This document shows positions 23,665-34,701 of a stretch of 64,000 nucleotides of DNA, one piece after another (within the stretch, counting starts at the first letter, position 1; each line of letters begins with the position of its first letter). The notes under the pieces are model-generated. The model was not told where the DNA came from. It saw only the letters and a program-made list of their open reading frames with translations, and did no database searches. Origin of the DNA: a bacterium (lineage in GTDB: Bacteria; Armatimonadota; JACIXR01); NCBI GenBank assembly GCA_014360495.1, contig JACIXR010000012.1, positions 4,877 to 68,876 on the forward strand. The letters run 5' to 3'. Made by a program: the position numbers and the translations under genes.

Positions 23665-23844
23665 TATTTTAAATCGAAACTTTTTCGCTTTCGCTACCTC
23701 TTTTTATAAAAAATCATAAGCGAACCCGGAGCTTGCTCTATCGTGAGCGTTATCCCTCCCATCAATAGCTCCCCTACTGAAAATCAAAGCTACTCCTCCC
23801 TTAAATCCTCTCTACGGAATTGAACGGAAAATCTGTTAATGTCC

Positions 23845-25737
23845 TCATCCCGATATTATAAGTAGGCGAGGATAATCAACGGCATATATTTCAACAGCCA
23901 GTTCCTTTCCCTTCTTTATAACCTTTAAGGGGATATCCTTCCCCAAAAGAGGGTCATAGTAACGAACGCTTTTTATCGGTTTCCCGAACCCCTTGATGTT
24001 TAACTTGTATTTCTCCCCACTGAAAGTTTTCGTCACATCATAGCTCATCACATATACTGCTATCACATATTTCCCCCCATTCACTTGAAAGGGGAGGAAA
24101 GCGAATACATCTCCATCCTTGAGGGATGGATGGTTAGCATCGCCCTCAAAAATGACTCCCTGCTTCCCTATCCCCACAACATCAACATCCAATTTATCTG
24201 TCTTCTCTAAGGGAACGCTTCCCTTGAATTGAGAGAGTAAGTTCCTCACCGCTTTCATAGGGAGCGTAGCAACTTTATTAAACTCCGCATCCTTTGGTAA
24301 TTTGGGAAGCTCGGAAGGGAGAAGCCCCATTCCCAGTGGATTCTGGTCGTAGGCACAGAAGTAGTGCATTACATCTATTCCCTTGTTCAACCAGAGACAA
24401 AAAGAGCGGAGAGCCGTCTTCGCCTTAAGAAGCCAAGCTCCTTTTTCGTCATTAATTCCACACTCTGGCGGAACGACGCCGTGCTCCGTTATATAATGAT
24501 AAAATCTCTCCGTTTGGGACGGATGCCGCAGGCGGGCGGAGGGATTTATCAGGCGGATTAAACACTCCGTCTGAATAAATGTATGTGCCCATCCCTCGGG
24601 CATCCTCATAACGAATTTGGGCGTATAGCCATCGTAATTCAACTCAGGCTTATCCCCATATTGCTCATCTTCGGGGAATCTCCTCGTTCCCGTCCCATAG
24701 GGATGATAGCTCTGCCCGTCCGTCATAGGTGGTAGTTCCTCTATTGGTGTATGGAAAAAGGTTGTGTTTGAAAAGCCCCAAATACAACGAACCTGAGGAT
24801 ATTTTTTCTTTACCGCCTCTATCGTTCTCCTTGCCAGCTCCCAGGCGTGTCCTCCCGGATGGAGGAAATCCACCCTGAATTGCACTTTAGGAGGGTCATA
24901 ATAATTATTTATTCCTCTCTCAAGGAAATTTGAGCCGAAGGTGAGCTCATTCCATATTTCAATATCAAAGGAATTTATCCCTACCTCGTTCACCAAATCG
25001 CATACCATCAATGCATACCTCACCCAAGCATTCGCTGTTTCCTCAAATTCAGGCGTCCCTACGGGATGGAGGGGGAGATATTTTAGCGTCGCAATTAACA
25101 CATCATCGCTGGTCTTCAAATCCTTGGGCAAGGGTTTGCTCAATTTACATTCGCCAGTTGATTTATCAACCTCGGTTATTATAACCTCGGCCGCCCAGTA
25201 ATCGGTTAGATTTGATAGACCGCTCCTTCCCGGAACTATGTTATCGGTATTCGCCAGACGGACGCTTCTTGCCCCTTTAGGAGCATCGGACTGGAGCTTG
25301 GTTTGGAAGAATTGAATGGGACAGGGAACGCCGTGGTGAGCGTTGAGGAGAACGGTGGGACGGATGTCGTATTTCTTGCATAGGGAAAGGATTTCCCTTA
25401 AACGCTCCTCATTGTTCAGCTTCTTTTCATCCCAACTGACATTACCCCAACCAATCTCTATTCTGAATGTCCTGAAACCCGCCTCCGCAAGGAGGCGAAT
25501 CGCCAATTCATCGTTTTCGGGAACATTGTAGCATATGCCTATCCCATTGAGAAAATCATATCCCCTTCTCGTCTCAAGATATGCCCTCCAGGGAATCTTA
25601 TAAAAGCTGTGCTTCGGCCAAGGGACATCCAGTTGGGAAGGGTCAATGTAGGGGCGAATAGGATATTCCTGAGAAATGGCGAGCATTGTGAGGAGAAGAA
25701 TCAAACACATGATTTTCCCTCTAATTCTCAAATTCAT
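23845..25737 (-). CDS. Secreted putative glycoside hydrolase (clan GH-A-like TIM barrel)
   Basis: Signal peptide after ATG 25737. Motifs FRIEIGWGNVSW and IEIWNELTF (NE acid/base-like). Family not assignable by eye. Confidence 0.45.
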   Translation of the reverse strand: MNLRIRGKIMCLILLLTMLAISQEYPIRPYIDPSQLDVPWPKHSFYKIPWRAYLETRRGYDFLNGIGICYNVPENDELAIRLLAEAGFRTFRIEIGWGNVSWDEKKLNNEERLREILSLCKKYDIRPTVLLNAHHGVPCPIQFFQTKLQSDAPKGARSVRLANTDNIVPGRSGLSNLTDYWAAEVIITEVDKSTGECKLSKPLPKDLKTSDDVLIATLKYLPLHPVGTPEFEETANAWVRYALMVCDLVNEVGINSFDIEIWNELTFGSNFLERGINNYYDPPKVQFRVDFLHPGGHAWELARRTIEAVKKKYPQVRCIWGFSNTTFFHTPIEELPPMTDGQSYHPYGTGTRRFPEDEQYGDKPELNYDGYTPKFVMRMPEGWAHTFIQTECLIRLINPSARLRHPSQTERFYHYITEHGVVPPECGINDEKGAWLLKAKTALRSFCLWLNKGIDVMHYFCAYDQNPLGMGLLPSELPKLPKDAEFNKVATLPMKAVRNLLSQFKGSVPLEKTDKLDVDVVGIGKQGVIFEGDANHPSLKDGDVFAFLPFQVNGGKYVIAVYVMSYDVTKTFSGEKYKLNIKGFGKPIKSVRYYDPLLGKDIPLKVIKKGKELAVEIYAVDYPRLLIISG

Positions 25738-25747
25738 AGCATTCACC

Positions 25748-28700
25748 TCACTCCACGAATTCAAACTCGGTTTCCGCTGTATACTTGGCGCCCCAACCTG
25801 GCTCAAAATCCAAAGTATTTATACCGCATAGGCTTTTATCTCGGGAAAACTCCAAGACATTCCCCATATCGCCGTTCTGAATTATGAAACTCATCCTAAT
25901 CCTCTTTCCCACTTCCGGCTTAATTTCCTTAAACTCGCTCCAAGGTATCTGTGCCTCAAAAATATAACCACCCTCCACCAACTTCACCTCTATCTTTCCT
26001 CCCTCTACCCTACAATTTTTCGCCAAAAACTCGTAATTTATCGGTAAAGGATGGAGATAGAAGAAATCCGGAGTGCGAACCCTCATAATTTCTCCTCCAC
26101 CCTCCTCTATCGGATATAGGAGATATTGGTAGAGCGCGGAGATATAATGCCCCAAACGCCGAAGGGGTGAATTGGGCGGGAAAACATCGTATTTACTATC
26201 ATAATGCTCCTTTAACGGAGAAAGGGATAGCTTGAAGACATCACCTGAGGCACCGGGGAAGGGACCAACTTGGTAATAAACATAATCGCCCGGCGGATTC
26301 TGGAACCTGTGGAGATTTCTGCCGCTCAATAATGAAGGCAAAAAATCCCTCCTTACATCCTTCACCCTCACCATAACATAGATATTCTCCTCATCATAAG
26401 CAAAAGCTACTTCGCCAGTAAAATCCCGCGCCCTTCGGGAGAACTCTTCCCAGGGAAACCAGGCTTTTAAGGTCTCAGTCACGCCCGAAACCTTTGAAAG
26501 CATGATTGGAACAGCTCCTATCTTTTCCCAATCCGATAGGTCTCCATCAACCTCTATCTTCCCTTTCTTGATGATTGCCACAACCAAATCCTCTTTCCAA
26601 AGGGAAATCCCTTCTTCAGTTTTAACGATAACGCTACAAGGGTAATTATTCCCCATTTCCTTCGTCTTTCTCATTATTCGCAAGTAAAAGGAGCGTTCCT
26701 CAAGCGGAGATAATCTAAAGCTCACTTTACTTTTATCAAATCCCAAACCCTCAGCTCTGACCTCCATTTCTCCTTCAATAGTGAAGGGATGGACATTCTT
26801 TAAATCTATTCTGAGTTGGGGATTCCGTTCCAAGGGCTTGCCTATCTGATGGACTTTTATCTCTACAGGAGGAAGATTTCGATAAGTAGCCTTTGAGAGC
26901 AATTCCTTAAACTGCTCAAATTTCATATAGCTTGTGATGTATTTGGGAGCGCTATCAATGGGAATTTCTATTTTCCCATTTGATTCCCTTATTTTAATCT
27001 CGTTCCCATACATATCGTAAACCCTCACTTCCTCCTTCTTTGGAAGTTGCATAACGACCGAGCAATCGGAGAACTGCCCCCAGGGATAGCTATAGCGGTA
27101 TTGATAATGAGTCCAGAGGGTTGTTGTCGCAACAGCCACATTTTCCTCTTTACCCTGAAATAGAAAGACAAAAGGAGGTCTTTCCGGATGGGCTGAACCC
27201 ATAAACTTCTTATCGTTCAAGAACCTCGCCAGAGCGGAAGCCCAAGCAACTGATGTGTTAGGGAATCCATTCTCATCAAATAGAAGGTTTGTTACGAAGG
27301 GAGAAACCTTTCTCGCTCCCAACGAGATTTCATGGAGCACACCTCTCAAACAGGAGGCATCGCCCATCCAGTTCAACCAAGTCTCTGTATCCCAGACCTC
27401 CTTCCCATATAATTTAGCCATCGCAAAGGAATAGGATGATTGAACGGGAAATTCGTAATGAATGGAGAGCACATCTATCTCCTTTTCCATCCCCGCAGAG
27501 AAAAGCTTCCAATCGGTGTTGTGGGATGAATCGGCGGCGACAATTTTGACTGATGAATCAACATAATCCCTCGCTTCCCTCACCCTCCGCAAAAGCTCCC
27601 TATAATGTTCGCCAGTTGATTTCCAACCACTTATTCCCTCGCCCTCCCAAGGCTCATTCCAAACATTCAAAGCCCTGACCACATCCTTATATCTCTTGAG
27701 ATATTCAATCCAAGCGTTTCTCCAATCCTCGTAGTGTTCCCTACCTGGCGACCAATCCAACTTTATCTTGAAATCCTTATAAGGTATATCAATAAAATCA
27801 CCCTTCGGTTTAGCCCATTCCGGAGCGCCCTCCGTGAGCGTCATAACATAAATCCCCTCTTTTCTGCATTCGTTCATAAACTCATCATATCTTTCCCAAT
27901 TGAACTTTCCTTTCTCAGGCTCAAAACCATCCCAACCAACCTCGTTTCTCACCCAATCTATCCCCATTTTCTTCAAAGCGGAGAGAAAACTTGCCTCTCC
28001 ACAGCTCGCCATTAGCAATCCTTCCTCCTTGAATCCCCTGTCTCTTTTGTGCACAACCGCATAATTGAGAATGTGGAGAGGAAGAATCTTCTCACCTTGG
28101 TAGAGGACGAGAAATACTGAAACAGTGCCATATCGCTTAGCTGGGGCGGGAAACTCAAAATTTTTTTCTCCCTTCGCTAAATCAAGCTTTAATCTCCTTT
28201 GTTCAAGAACTTGTGTAGGAACGAATCTCAACCCCGGACGCCAATCATCTTCCCCTTTATTATCGGCAAGGGACACTGCATAAAATATAAGTTCAGCATC
28301 AAGGGCAATCTTTCTATCAGAGGTTAAAGAGAAAACGATTTTAGGAGACTCATCTGGGTAGAAGATATAATTCGTCCCCACTGGCTCTACCTTCTTTTCA
28401 ATAACAGCGTCTATTTTCTCCCGCAATTTAATAATTTTCGCGGTTCCATTCCGGGAGGCGAGGATTAAGTTGTTGTTCCCCTTCCTAAGCTCTAAAGGGA
28501 CGGTGAAGAGAATCCTGTATAATCTGCCTTCTTTTTTAAGAGGGATGAAATGAGGGATATAGCCTTTATCCCATCCTTGAGGGAACATAATCGTCTCGCC
28601 ATTTAATTGAACCGAATAACCCATTCCTCTTGTGGCAACATCCTCGGGGATGGAACCCTGAAATTCCAGAAAAGCAATGGTTTGCTTAGAGAGGTTAAAG

Positions 28701-28762
28701 CGTTGCCCGTGTAATAGGACAAGGTCAATGAATATCAGTAAGGCATAGATGACCCTACGCAT
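25748..28762 (-). CDS. Secreted putative glycoside hydrolase (GH-A-like) with C-terminal CBM9-like module
   Basis: GIDWVRNEVGWDGFEPEKGKFNW and NVWNEPWEG motifs. C-terminal DGDLSDWEKIGAVP...FAYDEENIYVMVRV resembles CBM9. ATG 28762 gives signal peptide MRRVIYALLIFIDLVLL; the track's 28792 start is a TTG with no SD. Confidence 0.5.
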   Translation of the reverse strand: MRRVIYALLIFIDLVLLHGQRFNLSKQTIAFLEFQGSIPEDVATRGMGYSVQLNGETIMFPQGWDKGYIPHFIPLKKEGRLYRILFTVPLELRKGNNNLILASRNGTAKIIKLREKIDAVIEKKVEPVGTNYIFYPDESPKIVFSLTSDRKIALDAELIFYAVSLADNKGEDDWRPGLRFVPTQVLEQRRLKLDLAKGEKNFEFPAPAKRYGTVSVFLVLYQGEKILPLHILNYAVVHKRDRGFKEEGLLMASCGEASFLSALKKMGIDWVRNEVGWDGFEPEKGKFNWERYDEFMNECRKEGIYVMTLTEGAPEWAKPKGDFIDIPYKDFKIKLDWSPGREHYEDWRNAWIEYLKRYKDVVRALNVWNEPWEGEGISGWKSTGEHYRELLRRVREARDYVDSSVKIVAADSSHNTDWKLFSAGMEKEIDVLSIHYEFPVQSSYSFAMAKLYGKEVWDTETWLNWMGDASCLRGVLHEISLGARKVSPFVTNLLFDENGFPNTSVAWASALARFLNDKKFMGSAHPERPPFVFLFQGKEENVAVATTTLWTHYQYRYSYPWGQFSDCSVVMQLPKKEEVRVYDMYGNEIKIRESNGKIEIPIDSAPKYITSYMKFEQFKELLSKATYRNLPPVEIKVHQIGKPLERNPQLRIDLKNVHPFTIEGEMEVRAEGLGFDKSKVSFRLSPLEERSFYLRIMRKTKEMGNNYPCSVIVKTEEGISLWKEDLVVAIIKKGKIEVDGDLSDWEKIGAVPIMLSKVSGVTETLKAWFPWEEFSRRARDFTGEVAFAYDEENIYVMVRVKDVRRDFLPSLLSGRNLHRFQNPPGDYVYYQVGPFPGASGDVFKLSLSPLKEHYDSKYDVFPPNSPLRRLGHYISALYQYLLYPIEEGGGEIMRVRTPDFFYLHPLPINYEFLAKNCRVEGGKIEVKLVEGGYIFEAQIPWSEFKEIKPEVGKRIRMSFIIQNGDMGNVLEFSRDKSLCGINTLDFEPGWGAKYTAETEFEFVE

Positions 28763-28818
28763 ACTAAATTTATTATAGAAATTTTTATCCAATACTTGTA
28801 TAATTATCAGGAAATTTT

Positions 28819-28856
28819 AGCAAACGCTTGCATTATTTTATCATTTCATCTAAAAT
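28819..28856 (+). promoter_or_regulatory. LacI-type operator-like palindrome overlapping a promoter
   Basis: AGCAAA-CG-CTTGCA (28819-28832; core GCAAnCGnTTGC) overlaps TTGCAT (28828-28833), then 17 nt, then TAAAAT (28851-28856), upstream of the 28872 CDS. Confidence 0.45.
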
Positions 28857-28871
28857 TATGATGGTGATAAA

Positions 28872-31190
28872 ATGCAAACGAGTAGAACAAATAAAGAATT
28901 GAGAATGGCAATCCGTGGTATTAACTTTGTTTTCATTCTTTGCCTCCTCTTATCTTCCCTTTACGCGAGTATAAAGGTGGAGAGGAAAGGAAATCTGTGG
29001 AGAATGGAAAACGAAACCCTTTGCCTTTATATAGACCATTGGAGAGGAACTCTGAGCGTGAGGGATAAGAGGATTGGTTATATTTGGCGGCAGCCAATAA
29101 GAGAGAAAATAACCTCAACTTCTATTTTCCACTCTTTCCGATTAATTCCAAATGGTCTAAGCTTTAAGACAACTTTAAATTCAGCGAGCGGAGCCATGTT
29201 CTCTGTGGAAATTGAAATAACGATGCCCTCCCAAGCTCCACAGATTGGTATCGCGGTAGATATAGGTAGACAAGATGAAAGGATAGAAAACCTTTACTTC
29301 CTTGAACCCTTCGTGGGCGAGATGGAGAAAGGCGTTGTCGCTATAGCGGACTACTGCAATGGACATGTCTATCCATTTGCTGAATTCCCCTTTGATAGTT
29401 GGGGAGCTGACCGATTAGATATGCCTTGGATAGGCATATGCGACCTTGAGAGGGGAAACGGTTACGCCTTGATAATTGAAACAAGCGACGATGCCATTGT
29501 TTACTTCAATCGCTATCAACTTAAAGGAAAGGATTTTGTTTTGCCACAAATCCGCTGGGAAGCCTCTAAAGGGAAGTTTGCGTATAAGAGAAAGGTCATA
29601 TATCACTTCACTGACAGAGGTGGCTATGTAGCCCTCGCTAAAGCATACCGATCGTATGCTGAAGGGAAAGGGTTGCTCGTTACATTAAGAGAAAAAACCA
29701 AAAAGAATCCTCGCCTTCGTCTCCTCTTTGGCGCTCCAGATGTATGGTTTGAAGAAGGGCTTTGGCGGGAGGATACATCCCTTTACTTGCCCTTCGTCCT
29801 TGAAGCTAAAACCTATGGCATTAAGAAGATGCTTATTCAAGGGAGAAGCACACCAGCAAACATAGCGTTCGCAAATTCCTTGGGTTATGTTACGAGCGAA
29901 TATGATGTATACACTGACATCCTTCCCCTTGAGGAAGGTCAAAGCGAGGTTGACCCCCTTCATGGCAGGGTTCCAGAAGATGTTATACTTATGCAAAACG
30001 GAGAGAGAATGAAAGGAATATTTACTTGGGATACCAAGCTTCAATTTTACAAGCGCTGTCCCGCCCTCTGGATAGAAACAGCGAAAGTGAATATACCGAA
30101 TATTCTGAGGAAATATCCCTTCTTAGGAAGGTTTCTTGATGTAGTTACCGCTGAGGGACTATATGAATGCTACGATGAGAGACATCCTCTAACGAGAAGT
30201 GAAAAGAGGGAAGCTAATGTGGAGTTACTTCGCTATGTTCGTTCCCTTGGGTTAGTGGTGGGCAGCGAGCATGGGATATGGTGGGCTGTTCCGGTATTGG
30301 ATTATGTTGAAGGAATGATGAGCGGGAACCCCGCCCACTTCTCTTGGCCGGCTGGTCAGCTCATCCGCCCGAAGTCCAAGGATGAGGAATTCAGCGACCC
30401 ATTCGGAAATAAGTTGCCCAAATGGGAGCTTTATGATAAGTGGGGGATAGGACATAAATGGCGAGCGCCCCTTTGGGAACTTGTCTTTCACGACTGCATA
30501 ATCACAACTTGGTATTGGGGCGATGCAACCGACTTTCTCTGGGATGCGGCGCCAGAAATTACAGCTAAGAAGGACGCATTTAACATCCTCTATGGAACAA
30601 TCCCTCTCCTTTGGAGCAGAACCTGGTCATCTAATAGAGATGTTTTCCTTAGAAGCTATCGGAACACCTGTAAACTTCATGAGCTAATCGCTGATAAGGA
30701 GATGGTGAACCACGAATTCTTAACAGCTGACCACGATGTGCAGAAGACAGTCTTCTCTGATGGCACATTTGTCATAGTCAATTTCGGGGAGAAACCATAC
30801 AAATTTAATTACCAAGGAGAGAGCTTTCTTCTCCCTCAAAATGGATTCTTTGTAAAGGGTAAAATGATTGAACAGAAAAGAGTGTTAAAGGAAGGAAAGA
30901 TTATAACGAGCATAAAGGCGCCAGGCTATATCTTCAGCGATGAGCAAGGAGTGGAGGTTGAGATGGAGGTAAAAGGAGGGAAAATAATGAGGATTAGAAT
31001 TGGAGCTGGAAAGAAGGTGATTATAAAACCGAAAACGCTCGTTTCAAATTGGAACATAGATAAAACTCACGTCTTCTTGCTTGATTCCAAAGGAAATAGG
31101 GTTGCCGAGTTAACTTATAAGAGGGAAAAGGATATACTAATATTGGGACCCTTTAACCAGTTCACGAATCTTGAGGCTATTATGAAATGA
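28872..31190 (+). CDS. Secreted hypothetical protein, probably glycoside-hydrolase-like (772 aa)
   Basis: Signal-like N-terminus. Sits inside the GH cluster. Motif LGLVVGSEHGIWWAVPVLDYVEG. No family assigned. Confidence 0.35.
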   Translation: MQTSRTNKELRMAIRGINFVFILCLLLSSLYASIKVERKGNLWRMENETLCLYIDHWRGTLSVRDKRIGYIWRQPIREKITSTSIFHSFRLIPNGLSFKTTLNSASGAMFSVEIEITMPSQAPQIGIAVDIGRQDERIENLYFLEPFVGEMEKGVVAIADYCNGHVYPFAEFPFDSWGADRLDMPWIGICDLERGNGYALIIETSDDAIVYFNRYQLKGKDFVLPQIRWEASKGKFAYKRKVIYHFTDRGGYVALAKAYRSYAEGKGLLVTLREKTKKNPRLRLLFGAPDVWFEEGLWREDTSLYLPFVLEAKTYGIKKMLIQGRSTPANIAFANSLGYVTSEYDVYTDILPLEEGQSEVDPLHGRVPEDVILMQNGERMKGIFTWDTKLQFYKRCPALWIETAKVNIPNILRKYPFLGRFLDVVTAEGLYECYDERHPLTRSEKREANVELLRYVRSLGLVVGSEHGIWWAVPVLDYVEGMMSGNPAHFSWPAGQLIRPKSKDEEFSDPFGNKLPKWELYDKWGIGHKWRAPLWELVFHDCIITTWYWGDATDFLWDAAPEITAKKDAFNILYGTIPLLWSRTWSSNRDVFLRSYRNTCKLHELIADKEMVNHEFLTADHDVQKTVFSDGTFVIVNFGEKPYKFNYQGESFLLPQNGFFVKGKMIEQKRVLKEGKIITSIKAPGYIFSDEQGVEVEMEVKGGKIMRIRIGAGKKVIIKPKTLVSNWNIDKTHVFLLDSKGNRVAELTYKREKDILILGPFNQFTNLEAIMK

Positions 31191-31283
31191 GCTTATAATA
31201 GAAAAATAAAATGGGAGGTGCTGACCCCTTGTGTCTTCCTGTTTTTCAAAATAGGGGAAAACCATAAAAAGGAGGTTTTAAAA

Positions 31284-32048
31284 ATGCGGAGAAAAGGTTT
31301 CACATTAATCGAGCTCTTGGTCGTCATCGCTATCATAGCGATATTGGCAGCCATACTATTCCCGGTGTTCTCCAGAGCTCGGGAGCAGGCTCGCAAAACC
31401 GCCTGCCTCTCAAATATGAAGCAGTTAGGGCAGGCTCTTATGATGTATGTCCAGGATTGGGATGAGACATTCCCGCTCCTCGGGTGCTGGGGTTGTGGTG
31501 GAGGTTCAAACGCTGACGACCCTATGTACACAGTTCATGCCAAGATTCAGCCTTATTTAAAGAACATCGCCGTATACGACTGTCCTTCAGCGGATATGAG
31601 CGATGTGGTAGCGGAGGGAAATGTTGGCAGAATAAGAGACCCCTTGACCCGCTGGCTTGGCAGCAAAGGAAGACCTTGTCCCGTTGAATGGGCTGGACAC
31701 TGGATAGATGTCGGTTTCAACTACTGGCTGGTTTGCTATTGGGATTTTTCATATATCAAGAGAGGCGGTGGAGGAATACCTCCGATTGGAGGAATTAAAT
31801 TAGCATCAATGACTCATCCCGCAGAGCTGGTAGCTGCTGGCGATTCCGTGATGATGAACGCCTGTGCAAAGCATGTGATTTGGGCTAATGCTTGTTCCGC
31901 CCAGTGCTATCCTGAGAGGCAGAACGATGAAGGTGCAAGACACACAGGTGGCTCCAACTTAGTATTCGCAGATGGACACGCTAAGTGGATGCAATGGCGT
32001 AGCATATTAGAGAAGTGCGATAGGTATTTCAATCCACAGTCAGATTAA
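31284..32048 (+). CDS. Prepilin-type N-terminal domain / H-X9-DG protein (DUF1559-like pseudopilin), copy 3
   Basis: [29 protein letters not shown] behind [21 protein letters not shown] fits H-X9-DG. Confidence 0.9.
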   Translation: MRRKGFTLIELLVVIAIIAILAAILFPVFSRAREQARKTACLSNMKQLGQALMMYVQDWDETFPLLGCWGCGGGSNADDPMYTVHAKIQPYLKNIAVYDCPSADMSDVVAEGNVGRIRDPLTRWLGSKGRPCPVEWAGHWIDVGFNYWLVCYWDFSYIKRGGGGIPPIGGIKLASMTHPAELVAAGDSVMMNACAKHVIWANACSAQCYPERQNDEGARHTGGSNLVFADGHAKWMQWRSILEKCDRYFNPQSD

Positions 32049-32054
32049 TAATAA

Positions 32055-32068
32055 GGGGGCGAGCCCCC
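32055..32068 (+). terminator. Short GC stem-loop after pseudopilin-like copy 3
   Basis: GGGGG-CGAG-CCCCC, 7 nt after the stop and 30 nt before the next CDS. No U-tract. Confidence 0.35.
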
Positions 32069-32097
32069 AAAATATTAAGAAAAAGAGGTGCCCCCCT

Positions 32098-34701
32098 ATG
32101 AAGGAGGTCTGTCATTTTCTTGCCTTTATTTTTATTTCCACCCTCCTCATCCCTCTCTCCTACCCCCAAATAAATCGCATCTATCTCATTACCTTTACCC
32201 ACCTTGACATAGGCTTCAATTGGCCAAGAGATGAAGTAGGCATCGGCTATAAACATTGCATAGACCACGCTATTGAACTATGCGAGAAATTCTCAGACCT
32301 GAAATGGACTATTGAGACAAGTTGGCAACTTGAGGAATGGCTGAAAAGAACGAAAGACGAGGATAAGATAAATAAATTAAGGGAGCTCGTCAAACAGGGA
32401 AGAATTTACCTCTGCGCCGCACCAGCCACAATGCACTCCGCAGTCCTCTCCCCTGAGGAAGCCTGTCGGCTCTTCTACCCAACTTACAAACTTTGCCAGC
32501 AACTCAATCTTCCCCTCCCTAAAGTAGCAATACAAAACGATGTCCCAGGTTATACAATCGCTTATCCCTTGATATTGAAAGAGAGCGGAATCCCCTACTT
32601 CCTCACAGGCATAAATTCCTTCATCGGAAAGGGAGCGGATGTCCCCCTCAAAGATAGACCTTTCCTTTGGGAGGGAGATGGTGGTGCGAAGGTGCTAACC
32701 TGGGTAAGTCCATCATATATAGAGGCTATGGATTGGGGTTTGAGCCATTTTGATGCAGGAAAGCTTGACGAACAAGAGAAAAAGATAAAAGCTCAATTGG
32801 AAAAACTTCAATCCGAGGGCTACCCTCACGATTCGATTATCGTCCTCGCCTCCATCCTTGATAATATGGATTCAGCGGGCGCCCAACAAGTTCTTACCTG
32901 CGCTCGCCATTGGAATTCTCTTGGGCAAAAGCCTGGGGTTATCGTAGCTAATCCGGAGGAGTTCTTCTTCCAAATAGAAAAATCCCGAAAGGGAGATTTT
33001 CCTGTTTACAAAGGTGATTGGTCGGGATTATGGGAAATGGTGAGGGCTTCCCTTGGCTACGGAAATTCCCTCTCCCGCTGGGCAAAGGAATATCTACCAA
33101 TTGCTGAGACATTGTCAAGCATGATGGAGATGAAGTTCGGTGTTCCCTATCCTTGGGACGATTTGGAAAAGGGATGGAGAGCACTTTGGGAATACGACGA
33201 ACATACAGCAGGAGGTGGAGTGGCTACCGATTACGGAGCAACGCTTGAACAAGTGAAACAGGGAGAATGGGAATCACTTGCCACCGCTGAAAGAGCATAT
33301 GCCTCTGCAAGCAATATAATAGACTTCATCCTTAGAACCTTCCCTGTAAGCAAAGACCGTCCAGTAATCTTCAACCCTCTCCCCTGGGAAAGAGAGGATG
33401 TCGTCTTTCTCCACCTACCCAAAGAGTTAAAGGGACAAGAATTAGAGGTAAGGGATGTCCGAAGCGGTGAAGCGATTCCGTTTGAGGCTTTGGATGAAGA
33501 GAATATCTTTCTGAAGCTAAGCCTTCCATCCTTCGGCTATAAGCAGGTTGAGATAACGAAAGGCAAAGGTTCCCTTCCCTTATTAAAGAGACAAGAGGAG
33601 AGTTTCATTGAGAACGAGTTCTATAGGGTAGAGGTGGATACATATGGACGCATTGTGAGTATTTTAGATAAGGAAGCGAAGAGAGAGCTCGTCGGGAATG
33701 AAGAAGAATATATATTTAATGGGCTATTAATAGGTAAAACGAATGAGACTTATATCGGAGCGGTAAAGAAAGAGGAGGGAATTAGTTGCAATATCCTATG
33801 TGAGAAAGGGAACTTAATGCAAAGAATCGTTATAGAGAAGGAAAATTCTCCCCTTTCGCGCACGGAGATAAGGCTATATGAAGGGCTAAAAAGAATAGAG
33901 ATTGTGAACACACTGGATTTAAAGAAGGGAGAATTTGGGGGAGAAACCTTCCTCCTTTCCTTCCCATTCAAGATAGATAGGGAAAAGATGCAGATTAGGG
34001 TAGATGGTCCCCTCCAGGCGAGAAAGGTTCCGGATGATTATCTTCCTCCTCAAAACATAAGCTCCCTACCGGCATATCGCTGGATAGAGATAAGGGAAGG
34101 TGATGGATATGGAGTGGTCATATCCTCTCGTGAGTCTTTTCTTTGGCTTGCTGGCACTCCTCGCTGGGCACCTCACCAATTTGACAGAATCCCCATTCTG
34201 TTTTCAGTCCTGCTTAATATCGGAGAAATACACGAATTAAAGAATTCATTTTTGAGAAGCCCTTATCCAATGCCTGATAAATTCACCTTCCACTTTGCCA
34301 TCACGACGAATTACCATTTCGACCCCGTAGCCCAAGAGCGGTTCGCAAGTGAATTCTGCTGCCCTCCCCTTTATTGCAATAGACCATTGCCCGGTTATCC
34401 CGCTCATAAGCTGGAAAATATGGATTCTTTCATCAAGGTTGAACCCGAAAATGTCAGACTCCTTACGATAAAAAGAGCGGAAAACGGGAAGAAGAACGAG
34501 TTCGTTATCAGGCTCTTGGAGAAAGCGGGAAAGAGAACTGAAGCGACGATAAAGCTACCAGTGAAAATCAAGGAAGCACAGCTATGTGACTTATTGGAAA
34601 GAGAAAAGGGAATTCAACCCTTAACCCTAAATCCCCTGAAATTACTCCTTGACCCCCATAGCATCGCCACGGTAAAGATTATTGTGGAAAGCGAAAAATG
34701 A
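32098..34701 (+). CDS. Glycoside hydrolase family 38-like (alpha-mannosidase-like)
   Basis: N-terminal metal-site-like motif ITFTHLDIGFNW, then NDVPGYT...GIPYFLTG. Size and architecture fit GH38. Confidence 0.6.
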   Translation: MKEVCHFLAFIFISTLLIPLSYPQINRIYLITFTHLDIGFNWPRDEVGIGYKHCIDHAIELCEKFSDLKWTIETSWQLEEWLKRTKDEDKINKLRELVKQGRIYLCAAPATMHSAVLSPEEACRLFYPTYKLCQQLNLPLPKVAIQNDVPGYTIAYPLILKESGIPYFLTGINSFIGKGADVPLKDRPFLWEGDGGAKVLTWVSPSYIEAMDWGLSHFDAGKLDEQEKKIKAQLEKLQSEGYPHDSIIVLASILDNMDSAGAQQVLTCARHWNSLGQKPGVIVANPEEFFFQIEKSRKGDFPVYKGDWSGLWEMVRASLGYGNSLSRWAKEYLPIAETLSSMMEMKFGVPYPWDDLEKGWRALWEYDEHTAGGGVATDYGATLEQVKQGEWESLATAERAYASASNIIDFILRTFPVSKDRPVIFNPLPWEREDVVFLHLPKELKGQELEVRDVRSGEAIPFEALDEENIFLKLSLPSFGYKQVEITKGKGSLPLLKRQEESFIENEFYRVEVDTYGRIVSILDKEAKRELVGNEEEYIFNGLLIGKTNETYIGAVKKEEGISCNILCEKGNLMQRIVIEKENSPLSRTEIRLYEGLKRIEIVNTLDLKKGEFGGETFLLSFPFKIDREKMQIRVDGPLQARKVPDDYLPPQNISSLPAYRWIEIREGDGYGVVISSRESFLWLAGTPRWAPHQFDRIPILFSVLLNIGEIHELKNSFLRSPYPMPDKFTFHFAITTNYHFDPVAQERFASEFCCPPLYCNRPLPGYPAHKLENMDSFIKVEPENVRLLTIKRAENGKKNEFVIRLLEKAGKRTEATIKLPVKIKEAQLCDLLEREKGIQPLTLNPLKLLLDPHSIATVKIIVESEK

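Noticed and set aside
23704-23787. 27-codon minus-strand sORF (TTG start 5 nt after GGGAGGAG) between the GH gene and the LacI promoter
   Set aside because: Only an SD-like motif supports it. The product MIFSRGAIDGRDNAHDRASSGFAYDFL has no recognisable features, and the SD-like motif could be fortuitous.
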